64,000 nucleotides of DNA. Source: an uncultured bacterium (GTDB lineage Bacteria; Patescibacteriota; Minisyncoccia; Phycocordibacterales; CAWITU01). The stretch spans positions 2,121 through 66,120 of the forward strand of contig CAWITU010000005.1 in assembly GCA_963839205.1 (NCBI GenBank), written 5' to 3'. A program made the translations under genes and the position numbers. The notes beneath the pieces were generated by a model. That model was given only the letters and a program-made list of their open reading frames with translations, had not been told where the DNA came from and made no database searches. Below are positions 9,829 to 18,921 of the stretch, in pieces; the first letter of the stretch is position 1; each line of letters starts with the position of its first letter.

Positions 9829-10731
9829 TTATTTTGCTATGATTTTAATATCCATACTAACTTCATCATCCACAAGATGCATCGCTAATTTTTTGAAAAA
9901 TTTTGTGGAACCATACTTAACTTTCCACAAGGTTCGATCGAAACTAAAATGGGCGTGAGCATTAAGTCTTCCGTCCTTCTCAATCTGGACCGTGGCTGGA
10001 AAAACAACTTTTCGTATTACATTTTTTATTTTTAAAAGAGCGGTTAGTCTCATATTTGGTACTCCACTTTCCCATGGCCCTATCTCTTCTGCTTCCTTAA
10101 TTATAATTTTAGCTTCTGGGTAAGCTTTAACATTAAAAAAATCTTCTGATCTTAAATGCGTCTCAAGCATTTTTTTGTAAATCTTATTTTCTAAATCCTC
10201 ATCTTCAATTGTATTCATTTCAATAATGAATGTGGCGCTAAAAAGTTTTTTACTTTTTATAATAATTTTACCGGTTCTTAATTTAACAGTCCCCCGATGA
10301 ATATTATTCATATTTCGTCCGGACCATCGAACAACACTTTCGTTTATGTCTACTGCGTAAACCTTACTCTTAGGAATTTCAATAACTGTTTCTCCAGTTC
10401 CCTTAGTTTTATTTAAAGCCTTTTTCCAACCATCGAGCCCGGCTCTATACTCATATACATTAGTCCAACCAGCCTTGTACATTCGCTCTATGGCGTAATT
10501 AGAGGCCTCAGAATCTGGACCTGTGTCATATATAACAATTGTTCTAGCCTTATCAGGTAGAACCTTACCAACCTCCTCAACAAAATTCATTTTATAACTG
10601 TCTATATTTATAGAGCCTTCAATATGGGTCTCTTTGAAATAGTCCTCTGGTAGAACATTTAAAAGTGTAAGGTCTCGACCTTCATCAATCCAGGATTTCA
10701 ACTTTCCTGTTGAGAGATATTTATAAGTCAT
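9829..10731 (-). CDS. Rhodanese-homology domain fused to a YceI-like domain
   Basis: The N-terminus is rhodanese-like (LLNVLPEDYFKETHIEGSINI...VIYDTGPDSEAS, with no active-site Cys). The C-terminus is YceI-like (HRGTVKL..GKI...LRSEDFFNVKAYPEAKI). Confidence 0.7.
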   Translation of the reverse strand: MTYKYLSTGKLKSWIDEGRDLTLLNVLPEDYFKETHIEGSINIDSYKMNFVEEVGKVLPDKARTIVIYDTGPDSEASNYAIERMYKAGWTNVYEYRAGLDGWKKALNKTKGTGETVIEIPKSKVYAVDINESVVRWSGRNMNNIHRGTVKLRTGKIIIKSKKLFSATFIIEMNTIEDEDLENKIYKKMLETHLRSEDFFNVKAYPEAKIIIKEAEEIGPWESGVPNMRLTALLKIKNVIRKVVFPATVQIEKDGRLNAHAHFSFDRTLWKVKYGSTKFFKKLAMHLVDDEVSMDIKIIAK

Positions 10732-10754
10732 TCTCTTATAAAACTTAATTTAAT

Positions 10755-10799
10755 AAATACAAAACCAGCGCCGCCTTAGTCAATCTAAGACGGCGCTGG
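10755..10799 (-). terminator. Intrinsic terminator downstream of the GH26-like gene
   Basis: The extended hairpin accagcgccg-c-cttag/ctaag-a-cggcgctggt spans 10763-10799 and is followed on the minus strand by a T-run. Confidence 0.7.
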
Positions 10800-10823
10800 T
10801 GAGTTTTTATTACTTTTTTATAC

Positions 10824-11969
10824 TTAAGGAAGAATCGCTTTGAAGGCCGCAAGTGAAGCTGAGTCTGTATCAACTAACCAATCTTGGTCACTGTTTGAAT
10901 TAAAATATACCCAGCCAGCGAGATTAGGGACAGTTTTTACATAAGCTCCAAATTGAGTCATCCAAGTTGCTTTCTGTGTTCCTGGAATTGATCCTGTTGA
11001 AAGGATTAATAGAGGTTTGTTGAAAGTCTCTAATTGAGTTATCGCAGAACTAAATATTTGAGTTGGTGTTTCCCATGGATTTCCGAAATTAAACCCATCG
11101 ACAGAAACGTAGTCAACGTAAGCGGCACCAGGATAGTAAGCGGCGAATGAATTGTCAGAGGTGCTTGGTACTGGGACGTTGTTGTAATCAAGTGCAAACT
11201 TTACATTAGTTGCTCCTGCGGCTACGAATAGATCGTGAATGTGTTTCCAGGCTGTTACGAAACTCGCGGCGGTGTTACCATTCTGTCCGTATCCCCAAGC
11301 ATTCTCATTGAGGTTAAACTCATCGAATGGTGCGAGGATAACTGGATAGCCGTAGGCTTTAGCACCTTGTGCAAACTGAGTGATGTAAGCATCTTCTGAA
11401 CCACTATTAATGGTACTGAAACCAAAACTTGGCTCCCAGAAAATTGCTAATGTTTTTCCTTGTGAACCAACTGTGCTACTAAACTGTGAAGGGAAACTTG
11501 CATCCCATCCTTCAAAGTCAGCTTGTATGTTTGCTTGAGCACCAACTTCGCTTTCAAAACTTGTAAGTGACGACGTTACGTAAGCTCCCCACTGCATTGT
11601 GGATGGGGTCGTTGATACCGGTGTTGGAGTTGGAATCGGAACTACTGCGGGTGTTGGAGTTGTGATTGCTACGGGTGCAGGGACTGGTATTGGTGTTACT
11701 ACAGGAATCGGAGCCGGGGTTGGGGTGGTAATTACTGCAGGTGTAGGTGTGGTTGTTGTTACCGGTACAGGTGTTGGAGTTACGGTTGTTTGACTTGAAC
11801 GTGAACTATAGGTCCAAACGTTATGGCTAACATTGTGACTAGAACTGCTTGAATAGCTCCAACTATTTCTCGACTGGGCACTAGCAACAGGTGTAATAAT
11901 GGCTAAAACTGGGGTTACTACTAATAAAAGGCTAATAATTAATGAACTAACTTTTTTGTATTTTTTCAT
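10824..11969 (-). CDS. Secreted glycoside-hydrolase-like protein (GH26-like, tentative) with a Pro/Thr linker
   Basis: The ORF has a signal peptide (MKKYKKVSSLIISLLLVVTPVLA), a PT-rich linker, then WGAYV..FEGWDASFP..IFWEP..ILAPFDEFNLNENAWGYG, which resembles GH26 mannanase motifs. ATG is at 11967-11969. Confidence 0.5.
   Translation of the reverse strand: MKKYKKVSSLIISLLLVVTPVLAIITPVASAQSRNSWSYSSSSSHNVSHNVWTYSSRSSQTTVTPTPVPVTTTTPTPAVITTPTPAPIPVVTPIPVPAPVAITTPTPAVVPIPTPTPVSTTPSTMQWGAYVTSSLTSFESEVGAQANIQADFEGWDASFPSQFSSTVGSQGKTLAIFWEPSFGFSTINSGSEDAYITQFAQGAKAYGYPVILAPFDEFNLNENAWGYGQNGNTAASFVTAWKHIHDLFVAAGATNVKFALDYNNVPVPSTSDNSFAAYYPGAAYVDYVSVDGFNFGNPWETPTQIFSSAITQLETFNKPLLILSTGSIPGTQKATWMTQFGAYVKTVPNLAGWVYFNSNSDQDWLVDTDSASLAAFKAILP
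11598..11789 (-). repeat. Low-complexity Pro/Thr/Val linker-coding repeat
   Basis: This stretch encodes TVTPTPVPVTTTTPTPAVITTPTPAPIPVVTPIPVPAPVAITTPTPAVVPIPTPTPVSTTPS. It generates a spurious antisense ORF at 11599-11793. Confidence 0.85.
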
Positions 11970-12055
11970 ACAGGAAAAGCGTAGCAGACCCACATGTGTA
12001 ATGGAATATCATTTGAAACGTCACCATAACCTTTTGGGTTGCACAATGATTTTGA

Positions 12056-12081
12056 TATAAAAAAGTCCCCTTTTGGGGACT
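12056..12081 (-). terminator. Intrinsic terminator
   Basis: The hairpin agtcccc-tttt-ggggact (12064-12081) is followed on the minus strand by TTTTTTAT. It lies downstream of the 12215-13549 gene. Confidence 0.6.
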
Positions 12082-12214
12082 ATATTTTACTATAGATATT
12101 TATTGAGTATCAATGTCCAATTTTTTGGACCCTTGCATTCGAAACCATGATGCCAAAGTAACCGCCAGTCGACCGAACTGGCGGTTATCTTTTATCTACT
12201 ATTAATTCTAGTAA

Positions 12215-13549
12215 TTAATGATGCTTACCTTGACTATTCCCCCCGCCACGATCATTGAAGGCAACTCCCCAGGCGGTACTGCTACTATTTCCTCCGCCAT
12301 TATTTTTTCCATCGTTGCCCTTACCATTATCATGACCGTTATTGTTGTGACCATTATTATGGTCGTTGTTGTCCTTGTCCTTGTCTTTATTTCCGTTACC
12401 ATTGCCAGTCGACTTTGCAATATCACCAAAGTTTGTGCTACTTGCAGTAATGCCACCGCTAATTACTACCGAACTATAGTCGCTAGTGAATTGCTGGAAA
12501 CCGCTAGATGGATTTTTAAGTTCCTCCACACTATAGGTTCCGTCAGCTAAACTATTGAATGAGTAATTACCATTTGAGTCACTTACCATGGTTGCAAGCG
12601 GTCCATCGCCGTTACTTCTCCCTGGAAAATTTGCACCAGTGTAAAGATTGATTGTCCAACCAGCTAAGCCTGGCTCACCCGAATCGAGCGTTCCATTTTT
12701 ATTCTGATCGTTGTAAACCGTTCCACTAATCGCTCCTACCCCTGAAGTTGTTGTACCGGTTGACGTACCTGTTATCGCTAATGATTCACAAGTTGAACTA
12801 GACGAAGCGTACACTGAGTCACCATTGTAATGAGCCAAGAATGACAGCCCAGAACTTGGTACTGTTGTAGTAGCCGTTGTAACTGTTCCGTTAACTAACG
12901 GCACACCGAAATCTGTAGCGCTACTTGGAGCCAAACATGTTGTGTTTGGAAACATTGTGAAGTCAACATTGCCAGTTGGTGTGGTTGTTGAAGTACTTGA
13001 TCCTGAAGTGACCGTTGCTTGATCCCAAACATCTGAGCCAGCTGCAACAGAAGTTGTTGCGTTTAGATTTGAATCAAGAATGGTTGTGGCGATCGAAGAT
13101 GGCACCGTACTAGTTGGAGCTGCTATAGCTGTCAAAGGTTCACAAGGTGAACTTGATGAAGCATAGAGTGTGTCTCCATTATATTGGGCCATGAACGATA
13201 AGCCTGTGCTTGGGACTGTTGCTGTTGACGATGTTGCAGATCCATTAACGAGCGCTACTCCAGATTGGGTAGTGCTTGTCGCTGAACATGATGTGTTTGG
13301 AAACATCATGAAATCTACATTACCTGTTGGTGTAGTTGTAGAAGTGCTTGAAGCCGAAGTTACTGTAACCGTATCACTTACAGTTGCGCCCACCATGGCT
13401 GATGTCGTTGCATTTAGATTTGAATCAAGAATGGTTGTCGCAACCGACGCTGGAAAAGTTTGTGCACCCGCAACCAAAGATCCAGCGAACAGAGTCGCTA
13501 TTGCTATGGGTAAGACTAGCAAATAGTAAGAATATTTTTGTGCTTTCAT
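12215..13549 (-). CDS. Secreted repeat protein: two Ig-like repeats, an SdrD-B/Cna-B-like domain and an N/G/H/D/K-rich tail
   Basis: - A signal peptide is present (MKAQKYSYYLLVLPIAIATLFAGSLVAGA).
- Two 117-aa repeats begin with ATTILDSNLNATTS.
- GTVYNDQNKNGTLDSGEPGLAGWTINLY is SdrD-B-like.
- The tail reads GNGNGNKDKDKDNNDHNNGHNNNGHDNGKGNDGKNNGGGN. Confidence 0.7.
   Translation of the reverse strand: MKAQKYSYYLLVLPIAIATLFAGSLVAGAQTFPASVATTILDSNLNATTSAMVGATVSDTVTVTSASSTSTTTPTGNVDFMMFPNTSCSATSTTQSGVALVNGSATSSTATVPSTGLSFMAQYNGDTLYASSSSPCEPLTAIAAPTSTVPSSIATTILDSNLNATTSVAAGSDVWDQATVTSGSSTSTTTPTGNVDFTMFPNTTCLAPSSATDFGVPLVNGTVTTATTTVPSSGLSFLAHYNGDSVYASSSSTCESLAITGTSTGTTTSGVGAISGTVYNDQNKNGTLDSGEPGLAGWTINLYTGANFPGRSNGDGPLATMVSDSNGNYSFNSLADGTYSVEELKNPSSGFQQFTSDYSSVVISGGITASSTNFGDIAKSTGNGNGNKDKDKDNNDHNNGHNNNGHDNGKGNDGKNNGGGNSSSTAWGVAFNDRGGGNSQGKHH
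12750..13450 (-). repeat. Tandem 351-bp intragenic duplication (two Ig-like modules)
   Basis: Repeat starts are at about 13441 and 13090. The nucleotide blocks gcatttagatttgaatcaagaatggttgt (about 13410) and gcgtttagatttgaatcaagaatggttgt (about 13060) are near-identical. Confidence 0.8.
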
Positions 13550-13747
13550 ATTTTTATTTTTACTAACTGAAGCTAGACTTGATAATAAAGTGATATTCAA
13601 TAGAATATTCGACCTCCACTTTACAGACCATATCGACCACTATTTAAAAATTAATTAAAAGCGTATAAGGAAAGCCTGCAAGCTCCAGACGTCCGAATTA
13701 TGCCCTTATTACATACAAAATTTTGAGATTTAGTGTCCTATTTTTTA

Positions 13748-13786
13748 TTGAAAAAACGCACCGCAGGATTGAACCTTGCGGTGCGT
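13748..13786 (-). terminator. Intrinsic terminator closing the GC-rich cassette
   Basis: The hairpin acgcaccgcagg / ccttgcggtgcgt spans 13756-13786 and is followed by TTTTTT on the minus strand. It lies 15 nt after the stop at 13801. Confidence 0.75.
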
Positions 13787-13800
13787 CTATTTTCGCTGGC

Positions 13801-14052
13801 TTAATAAGCAACCATCGCTTGAGAAGCCCTGTTGAAGCCATCAAATTTTTCAGGATTTAAAGCCTCACATCCTTTTGGTACATCCTCAATCACCACCATC
13901 CCCACCGGTGAGCTGTCCTTGAGAATGTTAAGCGTTGCTCGAACCATTTTAATGAAAAGATCTTGCTCGTGCTGGTTTTTAAATGGTCCCCAAAAAGTGT
14001 ACCCGGGTGGCAACTTTAAATCTAAAAAAGTTATCATACAGATATAATTCAT
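13801..14052 (-). CDS. Hypothetical protein (GC-rich cassette)
   Basis: This 83-aa ORF overlaps the upstream ORF by 4 nt (ATGA). I recognise no motif. Confidence 0.5.
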   Translation of the reverse strand: MNYICMITFLDLKLPPGYTFWGPFKNQHEQDLFIKMVRATLNILKDSSPVGMVVIEDVPKGCEALNPEKFDGFNRASQAMVAY

Positions 14053-14339
14053 TTTAAACCCACCTCCTTTGCTTTGAGAATTTCAAGAATAAAATCTTTA
14101 GCCTCCTCCTCAGTGATCAAATTTGACTTCACAAGCTGAACAACGGGTGCAAGCAAAGCCAGCGACAACTTAAAGATCACACGAGGCATGTCCGTATCCA
14201 TACAACCACGGCGCAATTTTAGCCGTAATGATACAAATGGGTTTATAGCCTCGTTCCTTGGTTCCAGAAATTCCAGAACCTTTAAGGCAATTTCTTGTAG
14301 ACGTTCCTTACTCAACATAAGTATCCTCCTAGCTCTCAA
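14049..14339 (-). CDS. Hypothetical protein (GC-rich cassette)
   Basis: This 96-aa, mostly helical ORF may start at the alternative MLSKERL codon (14318). It is translationally coupled to the 83-aa ORF. Confidence 0.5.
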   Translation of the reverse strand: MRARRILMLSKERLQEIALKVLEFLEPRNEAINPFVSLRLKLRRGCMDTDMPRVIFKLSLALLAPVVQLVKSNLITEEEAKDFILEILKAKEVGLK

Positions 14340-14467
14340 GGAGCTGTTGGTTTTGAGTCAAAATTAGCACTGGGTTCAAACGGAGTCAAATTGGCTCGAA
14401 GTTGGAAAAATTTGCAAAAGAAAAACCCATCGCACAGACTGGGTATTTCCCTTTCTGTATGATGGGT

Positions 14468-15202
14468 CTATGACAACCTCACCTCAATGAGTGGACAGAT
14501 GTTTGCCTTCTTGGCCTTGATCCACTCTTTGGCGAGCTTCCACCCTTCGGCTATGTGCTTTTTCCACCGAACGGCTAGGTAGATCGCAAGGCCAATAGTT
14601 ACAAGATGAACAATACTTGCGAGCACCGAACCCGGTTTTTCTGTATACGTCTGCGGAAGAATACCCCACGCGCCGTGCACAAGCCAAATCATAAAACCGA
14701 GAAATGCTACTGCCACCAAGGAGAGAAAACCAAAAATGGCGCACATGATTAAAATCTCCTTTGGATATGTGTCACCGAATCCTGGGACAGCTTTGTACGT
14801 CTCATACCACTCCGTTTTTGGTTCTTCAAACTTAAGCCATTCGTCTCTGAATGCTTTCCAGAAGCCGAGCTTCACCACCTTCCCTTCTACCCAAAAACCA
14901 AAGCAAAGAACGCAGTAGATGAGGAACACAAATGGAACCCAGAGGATGTACCAGAGGATCCACAACACTGGGCGAAGGCACAGTTTCCAAAACGTAACGC
15001 AAAGCATAATGAACGTCCACTGAAGTACAGAGAGGAATAAACTCCTCACATACTCACAGAGGTTTGTGGGCTTAACGATCCGTTCCGCACTTGTCCCCAT
15101 CAAAATCGCCGGACGACAATACAACCGATAATGCCAACTTCCCGAATCGATAACAATTTTTTTCTGAGTCATATATTTTAATGACCTCCTTCGAGAAGAC
15201 AT
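14468..15202 (-). CDS. Hypothetical multi-pass membrane protein (GC-rich cassette)
   Basis: This 244-aa ORF has 4-5 W/F-rich TM helices and a basic C-terminus, KKANICPLIEVRLS. The overlapping ORFs at 14484-14744 and 14832-15020 are alternative-frame artefacts. Confidence 0.55.
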   Translation of the reverse strand: MSSRRRSLKYMTQKKIVIDSGSWHYRLYCRPAILMGTSAERIVKPTNLCEYVRSLFLSVLQWTFIMLCVTFWKLCLRPVLWILWYILWVPFVFLIYCVLCFGFWVEGKVVKLGFWKAFRDEWLKFEEPKTEWYETYKAVPGFGDTYPKEILIMCAIFGFLSLVAVAFLGFMIWLVHGAWGILPQTYTEKPGSVLASIVHLVTIGLAIYLAVRWKKHIAEGWKLAKEWIKAKKANICPLIEVRLS

Positions 15203-15230
15203 TACAATATGACCGAAGACTTGTAAATAG

Positions 15231-16481
15231 TTACAAAAATAGCAGGTCTCTGTCTAAATCATCTGAATCCATTTCGGACCTTTTGTTACCTAACGCTTTT
15301 TTAGTTGAGGCAAGGTAGACCATATGCTTACCGAACTTGTTCTCCAATTCATCAATCTGGTTGTGAATTAATTCAAATTTATTAACCATATTCGCTTTGC
15401 CAAATAGGTCTTGCTGTAGGGCTTGGATTGGAAGAAGATTTTGGAGAATCACGCCTGTGGTTCTATATAGAATTCCCTTCTTGAATACTTCAGCAAATTT
15501 TTCGGTAATTAAAGGAATTAATATTTCCGGCACATTCGTTGGTGTAGTTATTGAGATAGTGCAATTAGAGAATTTAAAATCTTTAGATTTAAGAAAAAAT
15601 GAAATCTTTGATGGCACTAATCTATAATGTCTGGCTTTAGCACAGGCGTCTTCAACGTGTTTTGAAAGCTCTGAAAGCAAAAACGCCTTATCATTCGTGT
15701 TCGGGTGAAATGACCTGGTTTTCTGAATTGAGGAATATGTTGTTTTTAATTCTGGATCTATTTCTAAAACTCTTTCGCCATTCAGTTCTCGCCAAATTGT
15801 TTCGTAGGGTGTCGAAAGATTTTTCTGGATCCAGTCCAAATCTTTCGACACGAAATCCCCTGCAGTCTTGATTCTTTTAGTTTTTAAAAAATCGGAGGTT
15901 CTTGGACCAATTCCCCAAATCTTTTCAATTGGGTAATTTTTGAGAAATTCTTTAGCTGTCTCAGGTTCAATAATTGTTAACCCGTTTGGCTTAACCCACT
16001 TTGAAGCAACCTTCGCTAGGACTTTTGTTGGAGCTAGGCCAATAGAGACTGACAGGCCTAGCTCACTATTTATTTCTTTCTTAATATTTTCAGCAATTTC
16101 CTTGTAAGTCATCTTAAGAGGTTTATTCCACCCAGTGAGATCAGCAAAACATTCATCAATACTATATTCCTCAACATCGTCGGCATATCTGCGAACAATT
16201 TTAAACATTAGGTCCGAGTACTTAACATATGATTTGTAATCACCTGGAAGAATGATTACTTTCGGAAAATTTTTCTTCACTTGAAAGATCGGCATCCCCC
16301 TAGTGATGCCGATCGCCTTTGCTTCATAAGACAAGGCCGAAACAATTCCCCTTTCCTCTCCAGTTACGACAGGCAACCCTTTAAGCTTCGGATTCTTCGC
16401 AATTTCCACACCCACAAAAAACGCATCCCCATCAATATGGAGTATTGTCTTAACCTTCTTGTTTGAAGTGTTTTTGGGCAC
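15231..16481 (-). CDS. dinB: DNA polymerase IV (Y-family)
   Basis: The translation ILHIDGDAFFVGVEIAKNPKLKGLPVVTG...SIDECFADLTG...GIGPRT shows Y-family motifs. Confidence 0.9.
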   Translation of the reverse strand: MPKNTSNKKVKTILHIDGDAFFVGVEIAKNPKLKGLPVVTGEERGIVSALSYEAKAIGITRGMPIFQVKKNFPKVIILPGDYKSYVKYSDLMFKIVRRYADDVEEYSIDECFADLTGWNKPLKMTYKEIAENIKKEINSELGLSVSIGLAPTKVLAKVASKWVKPNGLTIIEPETAKEFLKNYPIEKIWGIGPRTSDFLKTKRIKTAGDFVSKDLDWIQKNLSTPYETIWRELNGERVLEIDPELKTTYSSIQKTRSFHPNTNDKAFLLSELSKHVEDACAKARHYRLVPSKISFFLKSKDFKFSNCTISITTPTNVPEILIPLITEKFAEVFKKGILYRTTGVILQNLLPIQALQQDLFGKANMVNKFELIHNQIDELENKFGKHMVYLASTKKALGNKRSEMDSDDLDRDLLFL

Positions 16482-16886
16482 AAAGGGATTATACTACCCA
16501 GCTAATTTATTAAAAATGAAATAATTATGAAATTGCTACAACTTATTTCACTGGAGTTGGTATAAAAAAGTCATATACTTCCATTAATGAGACCTTCAGA
16601 AAATAATTTTGATACTATCCTATCTCCAGCGACCGAGAAAAAATGCTCAATTCTCCTAAAGCGTACAAACGCACCAATAGTGTATTTAGATAATAAGCGC
16701 TCGACTCTAGAATATTTACGTCGTTAGAAAAGAAAAAGCCCCCGATGCCGACTAACCAGCATAAGGGTCTTTTTCGTAGTGATACATATATGATGACGTA
16801 TATCCGTCAGAAATGCAACATTAAAAAAATTACCCAAGTAATTTATCAATATATTCAAAGTGGAAGCAAAATTTATTACCATAAAT

Positions 16887-17489
16887 TTACCACACGAACG
16901 GTATTAATCGCTTCGTGCGAGCTTGGTATGCTGGGTACTGATTGGGAAACAGTTCCAGCATAATTTTTTCCTCCTTATCCATACGGAAAGAAAACAAGAC
17001 AGTGGCGATAATAAAAATGTATATACCAAATGCGGTGCCGGATAGCATTGTGCCGAATGCCGCCAATAATATGCCGGTGTAGATGGGATGACGGACGTAT
17101 CGGTATGGTCCACTTGTCACTAGTTCATGGTCTTCTTTCACGGCCGGTGCACCGCTCCAGTTGCGACCTAGGTGTATACGAGCCCAGATAGCGAAAAGTA
17201 CACCAAGCGCAACAAGCACCGCTGCAATCCAGCCGAGTGCGATTGGCGGAGTAAATATCATGTAATTAAAAATCGCCGAATCAGCCTTAGCATATTGGTC
17301 TGTCCCAATTGCCGCCTTCAGTAATACAAATACAACTAGCGCTACACCTATGGCCCGCAGAATAAAATATCGGTAAAACAGACTGTAAATACCGCCACCA
17401 CGAATGTCGCGCTTCACACCGAAAGAAGCAACTACCCACACAAACATGAGTGCAAGCCAACTTCCAATAATTACAGTTTCGTAACTCAT
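16887..17489 (-). CDS. Isoprenylcysteine carboxyl methyltransferase (ICMT/PEMT)-family membrane methyltransferase
   Basis: This 200-aa multi-TM ORF contains LVTSGPYRYVRHPIYTGILL, the family signature. Confidence 0.65.
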   Translation of the reverse strand: MSYETVIIGSWLALMFVWVVASFGVKRDIRGGGIYSLFYRYFILRAIGVALVVFVLLKAAIGTDQYAKADSAIFNYMIFTPPIALGWIAAVLVALGVLFAIWARIHLGRNWSGAPAVKEDHELVTSGPYRYVRHPIYTGILLAAFGTMLSGTAFGIYIFIIATVLFSFRMDKEEKIMLELFPNQYPAYQARTKRLIPFVW

Positions 17490-17493
17490 AGAA

Positions 17494-17835
17494 TTATTCT
17501 TTATCTTTCTTCTGAAAGTTGACGCTCGACATTATGCTAATCAGAGCGACACCGATAAAGAAAATAATGAGTGATAGTGTGTTATTGGAATTTACCTGCC
17601 CAACCTTTAATAGTAAGTACCCGACTAGAACATTAAATAGCGCCCACAGCACATTCGTCGTCGGAGATGACAGTCCACGGCCTGGCGGTTTGGAAAAAGG
17701 CGAAGGAAATTTATTACCCGAAACTCCCTGCACGAAATGTGGGACTGCATTCGCTAAAAATATTCCTGCAAAAAAGCTAGCTAAATATAGATACCAAATC
17801 ATGTGTAAATAATATAGTAACACCAAAACAAGCAC
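17494..17835 (-). CDS. Hypothetical small membrane protein
   Basis: This 113-aa ORF has 3-4 TM helices and lies 4 nt upstream of the ICMT-like gene. Confidence 0.5.
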   Translation of the reverse strand: MLVLVLLYYLHMIWYLYLASFFAGIFLANAVPHFVQGVSGNKFPSPFSKPPGRGLSSPTTNVLWALFNVLVGYLLLKVGQVNSNNTLSLIIFFIGVALISIMSSVNFQKKDKE

Positions 17836-17896
17836 AAACGCTTAAAGAAGTGACAAAACTATGCAGAATTAAATCAACTCGTCATGAGCGTGCGTA

Positions 17897-18826
17897 TTAT
17901 TGATAAATACCATTCATAAGGGTGAACTGGACATCACACGGACACTGCGCTGGCGTATTAGCCAATTGAACATGAAATAGTGACTTGAATGAAATAACGA
18001 TAAATTGATTACTTTTATTGTAAACAGAAACTCCAGCACCTGGACCACCCGCTTCGCGACTCTTGTCCTCTGTCCATCCGGCTGAAATAAGCTGTTTATT
18101 GTAATACTGCATAAACGGAGTTGATTTGGATGCAATATCGGTCACATTAGTTATTGGCGTTGATTGCATTATCGCAACCGGACCGTAGTCTGGCGAAGTT
18201 GTCGCCTCTACAGATCCCCAACTCACACCTGTGTATAGTGGATAAAAGTCGGTAGCAAACGAAGGTGTTTCAACCAACGAACCATTTTCCACTACTATAT
18301 ATTTTGAAACAGCATGGGATGGCTGAGTTGTCATCGGATCACTAGGCGCTCGGTCAGCATAATTAACAATCAGTGCACCGTCTTTAATCTCTGTTGTTTG
18401 TGGTGAAATCCTGTCTCCAAGTAGAATGGCATTTGAGCCTTGATAGCCACTAGCAGTCTTGAGTGCCACAACTACATAATAGAATGTTCCACTTCCTCCA
18501 CCGCTTTGAGTGAGAATAAAAGCAGTATCTGGTAAACCATCTCCATTCAAATCACCCGTTGCTTCATTTCCAAAATATTGAGTAATGGTTTTTGAGGCAG
18601 AGCCTGGAACAGTTGCAACTTCTGCATAACCATTAACGAGGGTAACTGGCTGACCGCTAACTGTGTAGGTTGCATTTTTATAACTCAAAATACCGGTAGG
18701 TATAGCCTGATTCTGTAAACTATTCCCATTCTTATTTATATACCAAAAAGACAAAGCAATAATGACAACAACTAAAATCAGTAACAATATACCCAAAATA
18801 ATAATTTTCTTTTTGGAAGATTTCAT
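17897..18826 (-). CDS. Hypothetical membrane-anchored or secreted protein
   Basis: The ORF has a signal anchor (MKSSKKKIIILGILLLILVVVIIAL) and a GDLNGDGLPDTAF (FG-GAP/calcium-loop-like) motif. ATG is at 18824-18826. Confidence 0.55.
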   Translation of the reverse strand: MKSSKKKIIILGILLLILVVVIIALSFWYINKNGNSLQNQAIPTGILSYKNATYTVSGQPVTLVNGYAEVATVPGSASKTITQYFGNEATGDLNGDGLPDTAFILTQSGGGSGTFYYVVVALKTASGYQGSNAILLGDRISPQTTEIKDGALIVNYADRAPSDPMTTQPSHAVSKYIVVENGSLVETPSFATDFYPLYTGVSWGSVEATTSPDYGPVAIMQSTPITNVTDIASKSTPFMQYYNKQLISAGWTEDKSREAGGPGAGVSVYNKSNQFIVISFKSLFHVQLANTPAQCPCDVQFTLMNGIYQ

Positions 18827-18921
18827 TTTTATATTATTTAGAAGTCTTATCAACTAGAAAAGTAGCCAATCCCTTACTGATTTGCGTAAGCGTAACAGAA
18901 TAGTTTGTGGTGCTGTACGTT

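Noticed and set aside
11599-11793. Antisense ORFs opposite low-complexity coding regions. These are 11599-11793 (Gly/Val/Thr-rich), 12208-12550, 13170-13566 and 40702-41169.
   Set aside because: They mirror PT-rich or N/G-rich coding repeats on the other strand, have no start context and have compositionally trivial translations. The sense-strand proteins have signal peptides and recognisable domains.
12160-12186. The hairpin aaccgccagt/actggcggtt as the terminator of the 12215-13549 gene.
   Set aside because: On the gene's (minus) strand it lacks a U-tail. The downstream hairpin at 12064-12081, with U6, is the better terminator. I left this one unassigned because its orientation is ambiguous.
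16482-16886. A 400-bp non-coding gap between dinB and the ICMT-like gene. It contains a 46-codon plus-strand ORF (MRPSENNFDTILSPATEKKCSILLKRTNAPIVYLDNKRSTLEYLRR).
   Set aside because: I could identify no recognisable motif, no RBS, and no convincing hairpin or repeat structure. It is probably promoter or spacer DNA or a decayed remnant.
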